From IMG/VR virus record IMGVR_UViG_3300020576_002081, positions 1 through 64,000 of that record: a stretch of DNA of 64,000 bases; one strand, written 5' to 3'. How positions within the stretch are numbered: position 1 is the first letter of the stretch; each line of letters starts with the position of its first letter. The notes under the pieces are model-generated. The model was not told the origin of the DNA, did not search any database, and saw nothing but the letters and a program-made list of their open reading frames with translations. This stretch comes from a virus. Taxonomy: Duplodnaviria > Caudoviricetes. The position numbers and the translations under genes were made by a program. Shown one piece after another: positions 47,901-56,298 of the stretch.

Positions 47901-50900
47901 GGAAAGTTAACAATAATTCTAGCACATTCTTTTTCATCAGCTTCTGAAAGTTTACCAGAAACTAATTCTTTTTTGTAAGAATCTTGTATATTTTTAAGAA
48001 TAGTAAAAGAATCTACCTTTTGTTCATTAAAAATAGCTTGTTGATATTCAGCCAGAAATTTGTTCCCTATTGATTTAACAATCTTAACCTTAGTACTAAC
48101 ACCTAATTTACTATTAAGTGCTTTAGAATAAGCGTATTCGTTAAATAAAGACCTATTTACAACACTATTAGACTTACTATTTAAAGTAGCTAATCTACCA
48201 GCATTAATATTTGAAAATAAATCATCTATGGTTGTGGTATCATTTGATTTAAATATTCTATAAAAGTTGAATATTTTATTAAAAAAATCTTTAATCTTGT
48301 TTCCAAGTTTAACCCAAAAGTTACTATCATTTCTATCATAAGCGTATTTTGCAAAATCATCAGCTAACTTCTCTTCATAATAAAGATAAAGAAGTTGCTC
48401 ACTACTATATTTATTTTTTAAACTTTGTTTTAAGTTATTAATTTCTAATTCAGTTGGTTGAGGATATTTAGAAACAGCTTCATTAATTATATCTTGACGT
48501 TGTTTAATAGTCAATAGATTTCTAAACACACCATGAAAAGCTTCGTGATATGCAGTTTTCATACCTGCTCCCTCGAATAGGTATATAGTACTATCTCTAA
48601 ATAAACCAAAAGAATCAATCATTACATCTTTTAATTGATATATACTATCAACATCTGATAATTTTAATTGAGGTAATCTACTAGATAACCACTTTTGAAA
48701 TTTAACTTTATTTAATAAAGTGTTATCATGATTGATAGATAAAGCATTATCATCATTAATAGGAGTGTCTAAATCAATAGATTTTAATTTATCTTTAACC
48801 TTACTGTTTAAATCAGTATCATTAATAGATGGTTGTAATTGATCTAACTCTATATTATCTTGGGCAGAAGCTTCATTTAATTTTTTAGATATTGATTGAG
48901 TATATTCTATATAAGGTTGGACAAAGTATTCCCCTTCAAATGTAGTAACATTTGTTAATAAGGATTTACGATTTTTCATATCTTCTTGGAAAGAAGGTTT
49001 GTTAATATCGTTTATTGAAATATTTTGTTTAACACCTTTCAATCCTTCTAAGAAAGATTTATTTTTAAACTTATTGTTTTGAAATTCATCAAGTGTTACT
49101 AAACCATTAGCATTCCAAAGTTTAATTACACCACCTTCTTTTTTAATTGTAATAGGTACTCCTCTTTTAAATTCAGTACTATATACATAAGGTTGTAATC
49201 TTCTTATTATATCATTAGGTTCATTATCATTATTTGATGTAGATAAAACTTCACTTATCTTATCTAAAGTTTCTTTATTTAAAACATTAGGATAAACAGG
49301 TATTGGACTCCAATCACCATTTAAATCTTTTACTAACTGAAATACTCTACCTTTTTTAGAATCAAACTTATTTAACTTAGCTAATCTTAAGTTAATAGTA
49401 TTAATAGTTCCTTCATCTAAATCAGTATTATCAGGTAATGTTAATTTACCTAATGAATTAGAATAAACAAATACTAATTGATTTTCAATCTTATCTTTAG
49501 GTCTAGCAGTTTCTAATACATCAAATACAGGATCTATTCTACCTTGTTTATCTAATTTAGTATATAGATTACCAGTACCTTTATCAAGTACTTTTTCTAC
49601 AACTTCTTTATTAGAATTAAGTTCTTTTATAATATATTTTCTATAAGTTATTAAACCATCTCTAAGTCTTTTAGATAAATCAGGATCAGATGATTTAGTA
49701 GATATTTCATGAGGTTGTTGAACAAATCCTAATAAATCATTGTCTTTATAAATACCAATATGTTTACCATCATAATCTTTAAGTCCTTCATATAAAGAAG
49801 AAATCTCAGGAGATACTTCTACGAATTTAAAATTAATAGTATCACCAATTTTAATATCATTTATACTCTTAATATTAATATTAGAAGTATTATCTAATTT
49901 AGGAAAACCTTCTTGACGTTTAAACTTAAAGAAATCATTGTCAAAATAATGCTCAAATAAGTGCATCATAGCAACATTATTCTTTCTATTTATACCTTTA
50001 GATTCAACTTGATTATCGGTAATAGGATGTTTTTGACTTACTTCATCATCAATAACTAATTGATTATTTTCTGATACAACGTCTTGTTCATGTTCATTAT
50101 CAACATTAATATCAGATTGTTGTATGTTATTATTTTCTAAAGTTGCTAATTCTGCATCGTATTTAGCATTGATTTTATCATACTGTCTTGATTTACCAAT
50201 TTGACTATCAAATTTTTGTTTTTGTTGTTCTAGATAAGTATCTGCATCTTCTTTGTTATTAAACACTCTTGTTCTTAATATAGGAGCTTTAGATTGTTTA
50301 CCATCTTTCATTTCCCCATACTCAAGAACTCTGTCTATTATAGTATAACCTTCCCCTTCATTTTCTGCAATATTTGCGTCAAAATTATCAGCAGTTTGAA
50401 CATCTTGAACAATTACGAGCATTCCGTCATTATACTCTTGACCAACTTTAAAGGAATTAGGATTGTCTTTGTTTATAGGTGTTCCTTTAGTAGATTTTTT
50501 TACAGATTCTTTTTCTCTCTCCGTAAAAGATTTTAACTCTTCTTGTCTTCTTCTTTCTATATCAGCTTTTTTACCTTCCACATCTTTCAATGCACTACTA
50601 GACTCCTCTTCACTTTCTTTTAAACTACCTTCGCCATAAAATGATTTATTGTCATAAATAACATAGAATGGAGATACTTTTTCGTTAGCAATAATATGAT
50701 TAACAATTTTAACCCCTTTTACTTCTGGATTTGATTTCTGAAAATCATTAAACAGGGAGATAATAGCAGGGTTTTCATTTGCTCTTTCAGTTCCATTATA
50801 TTCTTTTGCAGGGTCATTCCCAATATAAGAACCGCTGTCTGGCTTATTGAACTTGTATCCTTTAGATTTTAATTCTTCATAAATTTCTTTCTCTGTTTTG

Positions 50901-53900
50901 TTAGTATCAATTACAACAAAATCAGAATCTTTAACCTCTCCCTTAATTGGATTACCATATCTCTTTTGCAAGAATGGAGTTGTATCAGTAGATACTGCCA
51001 GCCCATCACCAAATTGACTTACTTGATTTTTGCCTCTTTGGAAATTACCAAAATCAAAATCTTTAACATCTACTTTTGTGTGGTGAAATACTGGCACTAC
51101 ATCTTTCAATGCACTACCAGATACTCCCGAAGTTTCTCCTAAAGCAGCTAATTCTGCATCATCAATTTGTTTTTCTAATTCAGGAGTTAATCTGTTAATT
51201 TCTTTTAGTGCATCTTTTGCTTGTTGTTTAGTAAATTCTCCTTTTTTTACTTTATCAATATATTCTGCATCATATTTAGCATTGATTTCAGAAATTCTTT
51301 GTTTTTTTAAATCTAATAATTGAGTTAATCCCTCTTTACTAGTATTAATTCCTTCTTTTTTAAGGATATTTATAGCTTTAGTAAAATCATTTATTGTTAT
51401 ATAATAACCATTACCCGATGGGTTTGGTTTAAAAATATTTTTTAATGATTGATATTTTTCAGGAAATGCTTCTGTTAATAAATCTATTAATGTTTTGAAT
51501 ATTTGTATTCTATTACCAGTTAAAGATTTTCCTTCCTTTCTATCTGTTATAGCACCTTCTTCATTATAAGATGTTAATTTTGTATCATTAGCATATCCAG
51601 AAAAGGCTTGCTCTGGTGTATTTTTAAATAAATCTAACTTTCTTCTTCTTTCTATATCAGCTTTTTTAGCTTCTATGCTTGTTTCAGTAGTAGCTGTAGA
51701 TTCTAATGCTTGTAGTTCTGCATCATATTTAGCATTGATTTCATTTAAGAAATTACCATTAACCTGATAATTAATTTCCCCATTTAATCTTGCTTGTAAA
51801 AAATTTCTTAAAGCACTAACTGAATTACCAATCGAATGTACATAACCTCTGCTAGCTAATGTTTGTTGTAATCTATCAACATTCCATCCTTTTTCACTAG
51901 CTTTATTTATAATTAATTCTATTTCATCAATTTCATCTTGAGTTAATTCTGTATTAGAACCTTCAGGATTATATTTAACAAAAGCATTAGCTCTTCTTCC
52001 TTCATATTTACTTAATTCCTCTTGTCTTCTTCTTTTTATATCAGCTTTTTTAGATTCTAAATTTTTATTTAATAATTCGCTAAATGTAGGTGGCGCAACT
52101 TCTTTATCTTGAAACTCTTTTAATTTAGCTTCGATATGTGTTTTATTATTAGCATAAAACTCTTGTGTTTCAGCATCATTAGTTACAGTACCATTTTTAA
52201 TAGCTTCAGCAAAAGTAGTTATAATTTTATCTAAATTTTTAGCTTTATCAATTAAACTCTTTCTTTGATTATCATTAACTAACGGATCATTTTTAAGTTT
52301 ATTATGTAAAGAATTAAATTCATCTATTGTCATGCTTTCTAAAGCAACATCAACATCTGATTTAACTTCATCTAAAACTTGTTTATCTTTTTGCTTTTTA
52401 ACAGCTTCTTTTTCAGCATTTTGAACGTCTTTAACAATCTTTTCAGACTTAATTTTTTGTTCAATAAACTCATTTAAAGCTTTAATTTGCTCTGATGTAT
52501 TTTGTAAAGAATTATACTTTTCTTTAGATTGTTCTAATAATTTATTTAAACCATCAATTTGTTTTTGATATTTAGCAACTTGTATTTGATTTTGAGGTAA
52601 ATCATTGAATATAACAGAATTATATTTACTTAACTCATTATTTAAATCTTGAATTTTTTCTTTATAAAATACTTGTTTAGATACTTCTTGAAATGAAGCA
52701 TTGAACATCTTATCAAGATATTCTTCATAACCTTCTCTACCTTCAAGTGCTTTAACAGAAGCAAATTGACTAACAACATTCATTGTATCATTATATAAAC
52801 CTAATAATTGTTTAGCTTTATTCTTCTGTTCAGTTTTATATTTATTCTCATCAAGGATATCAAGTTGATTAATTTTACTAGCTGTTAAACTAGCATTATC
52901 AATCTTATCATTAAGCAATTCTAAACCAACATCACCAAGTTTTAAAAATGGTATTGCAGCTCTTGTAAAGATTTTATTATCTAAATAATCATGTAAAACT
53001 TTATCATCATTTAATGCTGATAAGTCTTTTAATTTACTTTCTGTAATTTCATTAATGAAATCTTCAGTAGCTTCTTTAAGTTTAGTAGGGTTAATAGATG
53101 TTTGAACACCATTTTCATCCCTATCATATATTTCATTATCTCCACTAAATCCTTCAAAGTTATCTTTGATTAATTGTGAGATAGTACCAAAATTCTCATT
53201 ACGATATTCTTGATCTGCTTTTCTCTGTTTAAATGTACCTACAGCTCCACCAAATGAACCTAATACTAAATCCAACACAACTGATTTAAGACCCTCTGTT
53301 GTATTCATAGTAGTAAGAAATTCATTAGCCACACCTTTTATAAAACCTAAATCGGTCTTACCAGTTGCTTTAGCTACTTCATAATTTTCAATAGATGTTT
53401 GACCACCTCCCTCAACACCTTCTGGTAAAGCTGATCCAAATATTGATTTAGAATATTGTTTAAGAGCATCTTTTTTAATAACAGGATTCTCCATTAACTT
53501 ACCAGAAGCATCTTTAAATTCATCCAATATTGATTTATCAGCTTTAAATCTACCTAATAAATTCTTATTCATAATAGCATTAGGTAATACTAATAAAGCT
53601 ATGTTAGCATAAAAAGTTGCTTTACATGCTTCAGCAATTTGTTCAGGACTAGCTCCTTCAGCTTTAAGTCTATCTGCTACACCTTTAGCTTCAGCTAATG
53701 CTTCTACAGAACTATTTAAAAGCGTTAAGGTGCCTAATTCAATATCTTTAGATAACTCAACACCAACTCCTAATTTAGATATCTTAGAAGCCAAATTTAA
53801 GCCTTTTAAAGCAGCTCCTGGAAAAATCAGACCTAATAAATAACCAACACCATCAGCTCCTTCACTTGACCAAAACGATGTACTAGCTATATTGTCTAAT

Positions 53901-54355
53901 ATACCACCTTTACCAGACTTATAAGAATGATAAACAGGTATTTCATTTTTAATGGAATCGTCTAATGATTCTAAGGTATTTAACCAAGCATTATCTAAAG
54001 CTTGATCTAAAGTAACTCCTTTACCACCTTTAGATATATTATCTAATGACCATTCTCCTAAAGAGTATAAATAAGCTGGAGTTTTACCTATTTCAACAGC
54101 AGCTTTAGAAGCTGCTCTTAAAACACCTAAACCAATTTGACCTAAACCAGATTGCTTCTCACCTCTTAAATATTGGTAATCACCTGATTTTACAAATTCA
54201 GAATTTAAATTTTTATCATCATATTCACTATTACCAAAAGTTGTATTTCCAAGAGTTTCTAATGTCGAACCTTTTTTATCTAATTCGTTAGTTCCAATAT
54301 TAAATTTTTTTGAATTTAAAAGTCTTTCTGATAGTGGTTTGTTGTTATCTGGCAT
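41939..54355 (-). CDS. Virion-packaged DNA-dependent RNA polymerase of crAss-like type (~4,140 aa polyprotein)
   Basis: Catalytic GADFDFDK at 44399-44413, YRIPT..., TDAQVY, HEAFH zincin motif (~48533-48547). Likely ATG at 54355 (MPDNNKP). Confidence 0.9.
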   Translation of the reverse strand: MPDNNKPLSERLLNSKKFNIGTNELDKKGSTLETLGNTTFGNSEYDDKNLNSEFVKSGDYQYLRGEKQSGLGQIGLGVLRAASKAAVEIGKTPAYLYSLGEWSLDNISKGGKGVTLDQALDNAWLNTLESLDDSIKNEIPVYHSYKSGKGGILDNIASTSFWSSEGADGVGYLLGLIFPGAALKGLNLASKISKLGVGVELSKDIELGTLTLLNSSVEALAEAKGVADRLKAEGASPEQIAEACKATFYANIALLVLPNAIMNKNLLGRFKADKSILDEFKDASGKLMENPVIKKDALKQYSKSIFGSALPEGVEGGGQTSIENYEVAKATGKTDLGFIKGVANEFLTTMNTTEGLKSVVLDLVLGSFGGAVGTFKQRKADQEYRNENFGTISQLIKDNFEGFSGDNEIYDRDENGVQTSINPTKLKEATEDFINEITESKLKDLSALNDDKVLHDYLDNKIFTRAAIPFLKLGDVGLELLNDKIDNASLTASKINQLDILDENKYKTEQKNKAKQLLGLYNDTMNVVSQFASVKALEGREGYEEYLDKMFNASFQEVSKQVFYKEKIQDLNNELSKYNSVIFNDLPQNQIQVAKYQKQIDGLNKLLEQSKEKYNSLQNTSEQIKALNEFIEQKIKSEKIVKDVQNAEKEAVKKQKDKQVLDEVKSDVDVALESMTIDEFNSLHNKLKNDPLVNDNQRKSLIDKAKNLDKIITTFAEAIKNGTVTNDAETQEFYANNKTHIEAKLKEFQDKEVAPPTFSELLNKNLESKKADIKRRRQEELSKYEGRRANAFVKYNPEGSNTELTQDEIDEIELIINKASEKGWNVDRLQQTLASRGYVHSIGNSVSALRNFLQARLNGEINYQVNGNFLNEINAKYDAELQALESTATTETSIEAKKADIERRRKLDLFKNTPEQAFSGYANDTKLTSYNEEGAITDRKEGKSLTGNRIQIFKTLIDLLTEAFPEKYQSLKNIFKPNPSGNGYYITINDFTKAINILKKEGINTSKEGLTQLLDLKKQRISEINAKYDAEYIDKVKKGEFTKQQAKDALKEINRLTPELEKQIDDAELAALGETSGVSGSALKDVVPVFHHTKVDVKDFDFGNFQRGKNQVSQFGDGLAVSTDTTPFLQKRYGNPIKGEVKDSDFVVIDTNKTEKEIYEELKSKGYKFNKPDSGSYIGNDPAKEYNGTERANENPAIISLFNDFQKSNPEVKGVKIVNHIIANEKVSPFYVIYDNKSFYGEGSLKESEEESSSALKDVEGKKADIERRRQEELKSFTEREKESVKKSTKGTPINKDNPNSFKVGQEYNDGMLVIVQDVQTADNFDANIAENEGEGYTIIDRVLEYGEMKDGKQSKAPILRTRVFNNKEDADTYLEQQKQKFDSQIGKSRQYDKINAKYDAELATLENNNIQQSDINVDNEHEQDVVSENNQLVIDDEVSQKHPITDNQVESKGINRKNNVAMMHLFEHYFDNDFFKFKRQEGFPKLDNTSNINIKSINDIKIGDTINFKFVEVSPEISSLYEGLKDYDGKHIGIYKDNDLLGFVQQPHEISTKSSDPDLSKRLRDGLITYRKYIIKELNSNKEVVEKVLDKGTGNLYTKLDKQGRIDPVFDVLETARPKDKIENQLVFVYSNSLGKLTLPDNTDLDEGTINTINLRLAKLNKFDSKKGRVFQLVKDLNGDWSPIPVYPNVLNKETLDKISEVLSTSNNDNEPNDIIRRLQPYVYSTEFKRGVPITIKKEGGVIKLWNANGLVTLDEFQNNKFKNKSFLEGLKGVKQNISINDINKPSFQEDMKNRKSLLTNVTTFEGEYFVQPYIEYTQSISKKLNEASAQDNIELDQLQPSINDTDLNSKVKDKLKSIDLDTPINDDNALSINHDNTLLNKVKFQKWLSSRLPQLKLSDVDSIYQLKDVMIDSFGLFRDSTIYLFEGAGMKTAYHEAFHGVFRNLLTIKQRQDIINEAVSKYPQPTELEINNLKQSLKNKYSSEQLLYLYYEEKLADDFAKYAYDRNDSNFWVKLGNKIKDFFNKIFNFYRIFKSNDTTTIDDLFSNINAGRLATLNSKSNSVVNRSLFNEYAYSKALNSKLGVSTKVKIVKSIGNKFLAEYQQAIFNEQKVDSFTILKNIQDSYKKELVSGKLSEADEKECARIIVNFPDIWNEVKKYLEYRNIKSKLVLGYNTIKEEIEVQEEGVLEFKTDLTQESVEDIETYSLESKTVKGLGEWTSISGLSSASTRLKLFLSSIPIIKDGNVVKDNLGVTQYHEFSDLYYYIERNLIDKYELSEQLNVLKELAINRPVLNQIIDKLSNKPSEMSQEQFDLLVNDFKTNFSKQQLAYTLIKFDNENGNYSYKIIDANRSSLGREIFNQFEINVADPTKDVVGYYDKDGNRVIDASKAKDVLQAWDKLFSKLISYESVNALLNKVGIEYTPEVLKKILSSDISVWKNQVTTLMKWYASDFPINEEKEGRKALSQLVAYEVDNLMEKYTSSFINGENKNIYTIQLPSFISKTVAKIKNRDKFKLWKADLQKDDFYYKSNLLEALDNKEYRESFKVSYMDSFKDERGSREGVGFTSLTPKDYLNTEVALFQNTAVNSQKQTTMPVSKYIYITPSDKTMCVIIDASRYDVAIDPVDGSDLDLRKSPIFNKYYNVVLSEAIRIAKANNVKNDIIANKGEGKYNLNELEEHYHMSKSSFKKLSNMILEDKLDWDVIPTLFDGQAYKFNYFSLGFNNKVLAMTKEIFESSANKNDIIKAFDNLDTRQSIMKLLEAELNKDYKESVKEFERKGLIERLPNGLYKNKSLQLTSETKFVDGIQEQVENSEEVQDRQIKHLIANFSLNTLLHNIEFSNIFNGDFAQYKPKDLQKRTYQSQAMTVFGNFINKIIKTVVVKDVEVASESYNSIVDTLKSQGFTDAEIEEIAGKYSEGINVTDAQVYISPEFYKRIHVARGTWTSEMQEAFDIIENGSKGNIKESLHRLLGGIKPYYFGNRFDPKFEKQKFEQVKCAMLPLFKGYCDLNPLLAKKREQMLTDGVDMIAHESSFKAAIGFRNTISDDVEYLKLDLSTDNFGVQVDNPDHMDEGNDSMRQLKMLILGSIDKSKLYNDIKGDVIISNILNMEAENLADSLKELKDKMDVKSNINFAHFIKEMVTKRGATINVEEILNIVNGNFEYALDSGNIATQVENMISSIFTNNVIKQKFSVGGSAVQATALGFKYKNLAEQQDNLPQEALDLQTDLKWIKPEDGKISYAECAMPAWTKEFFDKKGNLIDIDSIPDELKQLIAYRIPTEGLHSMMPIKVVKFLPPTMGNFILLPYEVTTQFGADFDFDKVYFFGKEFFKDENNNLIPYKYYTGTDKKSTQSRYYQYSYTVSPKEKLSYEDFEELSVKEQNVRASRNNNIVDNYLTLLTSINNLHLLVSPSGFTQLENFQKTYFPNYDEYNFFSSRTQRDFKERNHIGIALKGQAALHVSGHSYGVLMDLNSTDYNEDGSLDITRSVNINGSNRTNFSGLYTDNGKLIADELASIMAAILDDIKNPLLEPLGINNNTIDVLATMIRSGVNMKTALMFTSQPAVKHLSKILAGNKNKVKDVNEGYLQIDDLIDSYTKLAESSLDKLEDKDNPTYQGYIKVMNSNKPEHVDINEKDMLNIIETYRIDGDEILKGHSVEGKNKLSFKKANPLELLEYYSYQVRVLNQFKNIESIAKELVKINKFFAINKEVGPNIEDIIAKRDILDNINGSNIVKGFNIDSVPSLKETWSTHEYALDWFESYFPYSTNAYMNIKNAVIKNQSKKSLNEVSIEERQYMNNFIRTYTDYMTDVFKDVPDNYNHLLNKFPVMIKNIKDTNNKDLKIGANTYEQIKNNLFIQNIKIELDKQNKIWYIQSKGNRLDLQVKNNIIEAFTALYRNVNTKPLAIDFIKHSFLTTGFFRGLNSYSQFISPEILKDLGYNDYRKNLISNLKDDMVVLSGVDEARLVDLIIRNNSKDFTKKFDGEMFNVKSNEPLPNKLVTNEALVKAAGRANDMIWYTYNEDGRVLNTPKYISVYDKFNRKPEIYVKTDDFSYEKTTILGKPGYLFEINPYINIEKSYLKYNNDKQVDENIEKLNKPVLEENIPNEEYEGYANNLFGEVNENFINEDINPEEGTTKNPEDC
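50135..52055 (-). repeat. Dispersed KKADIERRR and INAKYDAEL repeats bounding in-frame cassettes
   Basis: Three KKADI[EK]RRR copies (~52050, 51670, 50575) and three INAKYDAE copies (~51740, 51285, 50170), plus a DDAELAAL variant (~51160); near-identical at DNA level. Confidence 0.88.
50580..51117. repeat. 19-bp perfect direct repeat pair (ACATCTTTCAATGCACTAC)
   Basis: Copies at 50580-50598 and 51099-51117, 519 bp (173 codons) apart. Confidence 0.92.
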
Positions 54356-54356
54356 A

Positions 54357-56213
54357 TTAGTCTTGTAAGTCTTTAAACGATGTGTTGTCTGATGCAATAT
54401 TGTATAAATCTGTTGAACCAACTTCAGTACTGTAATAAAGTTGATTTAAATATGTAAGCATACTAGCTTGAGTTCTAAATGATATAGGTTCTTTAATTTT
54501 AGAGTTTTTACCTGGAGTTAACAAATAACCTGATTTCTTTTCACCAGTATTAGGGTTTGTAATACCAAATGTTTCTAAAGTACCCATATTAGGTATTTCA
54601 GTTTTATCTATCATTTCAACATCTTTATTTGCTAAATCTGGAGTTCCTTTAATTAAACCAGTTTCCCAACTAGCTCCTTTTAATCCTATAGACGCTACTT
54701 TATTATGGAAACCATCATCAACTACAGCTCTTGGTCTAACCATAATTGGTTGAATAGTACCATCTTTTTTCTTAATATAACCATCTCTATTCATATTACC
54801 TTTAGGAGTATGTCTAAAGTTATTTAAAACAACTTCATCACCTTCTTTTAATACAGGTTTTTCAGCTAATGGTTGATCTGGTTGTTCAACATCCATTAAA
54901 TCATAATTATTCCAATTTCTCTTAAGTTTTTCACTTTCAACTTTAGATATTGGTGCAGACATTTGTTCATCCGCAATTCTAGTTTTACTGAACGCATTAT
55001 ATTTATTTATAATTTCATCAAAGTTTTTATGATTAACTTCTTTATTATAACCAATAGATTTAGCTATTTCTCCAACTACTTTACCTAATTGCTTAGCTTT
55101 ATCAGTAGCGTCTTTATAACCAACTATTGTTGAAACTCTTCTACCATTAACATCTACTACATCATAAATAGGTTCTTTCTCAGAAACATTTTTCCAATCA
55201 ACATTTAATTTAGTTGAACCATCTGAATTTTTAGTTTCAGATAATATACCTGAATCTTTCAATTCATGAAAATCTTTATTATCAGCAGTTAAATCTAATG
55301 TTTGACTTTCTAAAGGACTACCATATAAAGAATTCTTTTGATTTTCTTCATCATGTAATGTTTTCCAAGCACGATTAACTTCTTCTGAATAACCTTTTTT
55401 ACCTTTACTAAATATTTGTTCAGATGCAGAACTATACAATAAATTAACAGCTGCTTCATAAATATCTTTTTGACTAGCTTTAGGATAGTCAAATTTAACT
55501 TTTTCAATAAAGTCTTGTCCTTCAGGACTATCTAAGAATCCATCAGCTTTTTGGTAAGCTTCTTTTAAAACTTTATTACTGCTAATTGTTTCAACACCAT
55601 TTTTATAACCTCTAGTTATACCATCTTTACCAACAATAACATTATCAATATCTGAACCATCAGCAGCAATCTTACCCATTAATTTTTTAGCAGCTTCAGC
55701 ATGATTAGCAGCAGACTTAATACCTGTAGACCTATAAGGTGTAAATTCACCATCTTTATAAGATGAATTAAATTTAGATATATTATCATTCCAATAACCA
55801 TATTTATTTTCAGAAGATAACTTTCTTAAATTTTTCAAATCATCATTATAATAAGCATATGAAGTTTCAAGTTCATTTCTTAAAGGATCATTTCTATAAG
55901 TTTTAATTAGATTATCTAACTTTAATTTATTAGAATAATCTGTTGGATTCTTAAGCCAGTTTTGAGCTAATTCATCTAATTGAGAATTATATTGATCTAA
56001 TAATTCTTTCTTTTTAAAATTATGTTTATCAATAGCATTAACTTTAAGAATCTCATCTTTAGCTGATGATATATCAGAACCTGCTTGTTTATATTTATCA
56101 GAGTAATCTTTAGCTAAATTAGTTAAAGCCTCTAATGGTTTACCCACGTATTGTTCAGGTACGAATGTACTAACATATCTTTGTGGTTGGGGTTGATCGA
56201 AACGATTAGCCAT
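54357..56213 (-). CDS. Virion/ejection protein upstream of vRNAP
   Basis: Likely ATG at 56213 (MANRFDQP); synteny typical of crAss-like ejection genes. Confidence 0.65.
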   Translation of the reverse strand: MANRFDQPQPQRYVSTFVPEQYVGKPLEALTNLAKDYSDKYKQAGSDISSAKDEILKVNAIDKHNFKKKELLDQYNSQLDELAQNWLKNPTDYSNKLKLDNLIKTYRNDPLRNELETSYAYYNDDLKNLRKLSSENKYGYWNDNISKFNSSYKDGEFTPYRSTGIKSAANHAEAAKKLMGKIAADGSDIDNVIVGKDGITRGYKNGVETISSNKVLKEAYQKADGFLDSPEGQDFIEKVKFDYPKASQKDIYEAAVNLLYSSASEQIFSKGKKGYSEEVNRAWKTLHDEENQKNSLYGSPLESQTLDLTADNKDFHELKDSGILSETKNSDGSTKLNVDWKNVSEKEPIYDVVDVNGRRVSTIVGYKDATDKAKQLGKVVGEIAKSIGYNKEVNHKNFDEIINKYNAFSKTRIADEQMSAPISKVESEKLKRNWNNYDLMDVEQPDQPLAEKPVLKEGDEVVLNNFRHTPKGNMNRDGYIKKKDGTIQPIMVRPRAVVDDGFHNKVASIGLKGASWETGLIKGTPDLANKDVEMIDKTEIPNMGTLETFGITNPNTGEKKSGYLLTPGKNSKIKEPISFRTQASMLTYLNQLYYSTEVGSTDLYNIASDNTSFKDLQD

Positions 56214-56232
56214 AGTGTTTATTTTAAACAAA

Positions 56233-56272
56233 TAAAGCTTTTAACATTGCTGAAAAAAGCTTTACAAAGTTA
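56233..56272 (-). promoter_or_regulatory. -7-like element (TAACTTTG) followed by a 10-bp leader hairpin
   Basis: TAAAGCTTTT/AAAAGCTTTA perfect stem at 56233-56264; no matching -33 element found. Confidence 0.4.
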
Positions 56273-56298
56273 AGAATTATTTTGTTAAGTTGTATATA

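Noticed and set aside
54355-54421. ORF-track N-terminal extensions (54421, 56231, 40305, 7447, 15578, 25174, 26958, 30465)
   Set aside because: They overlap neighbouring genes or promoters; downstream ATGs in an A-rich, translationally coupled context fit better.
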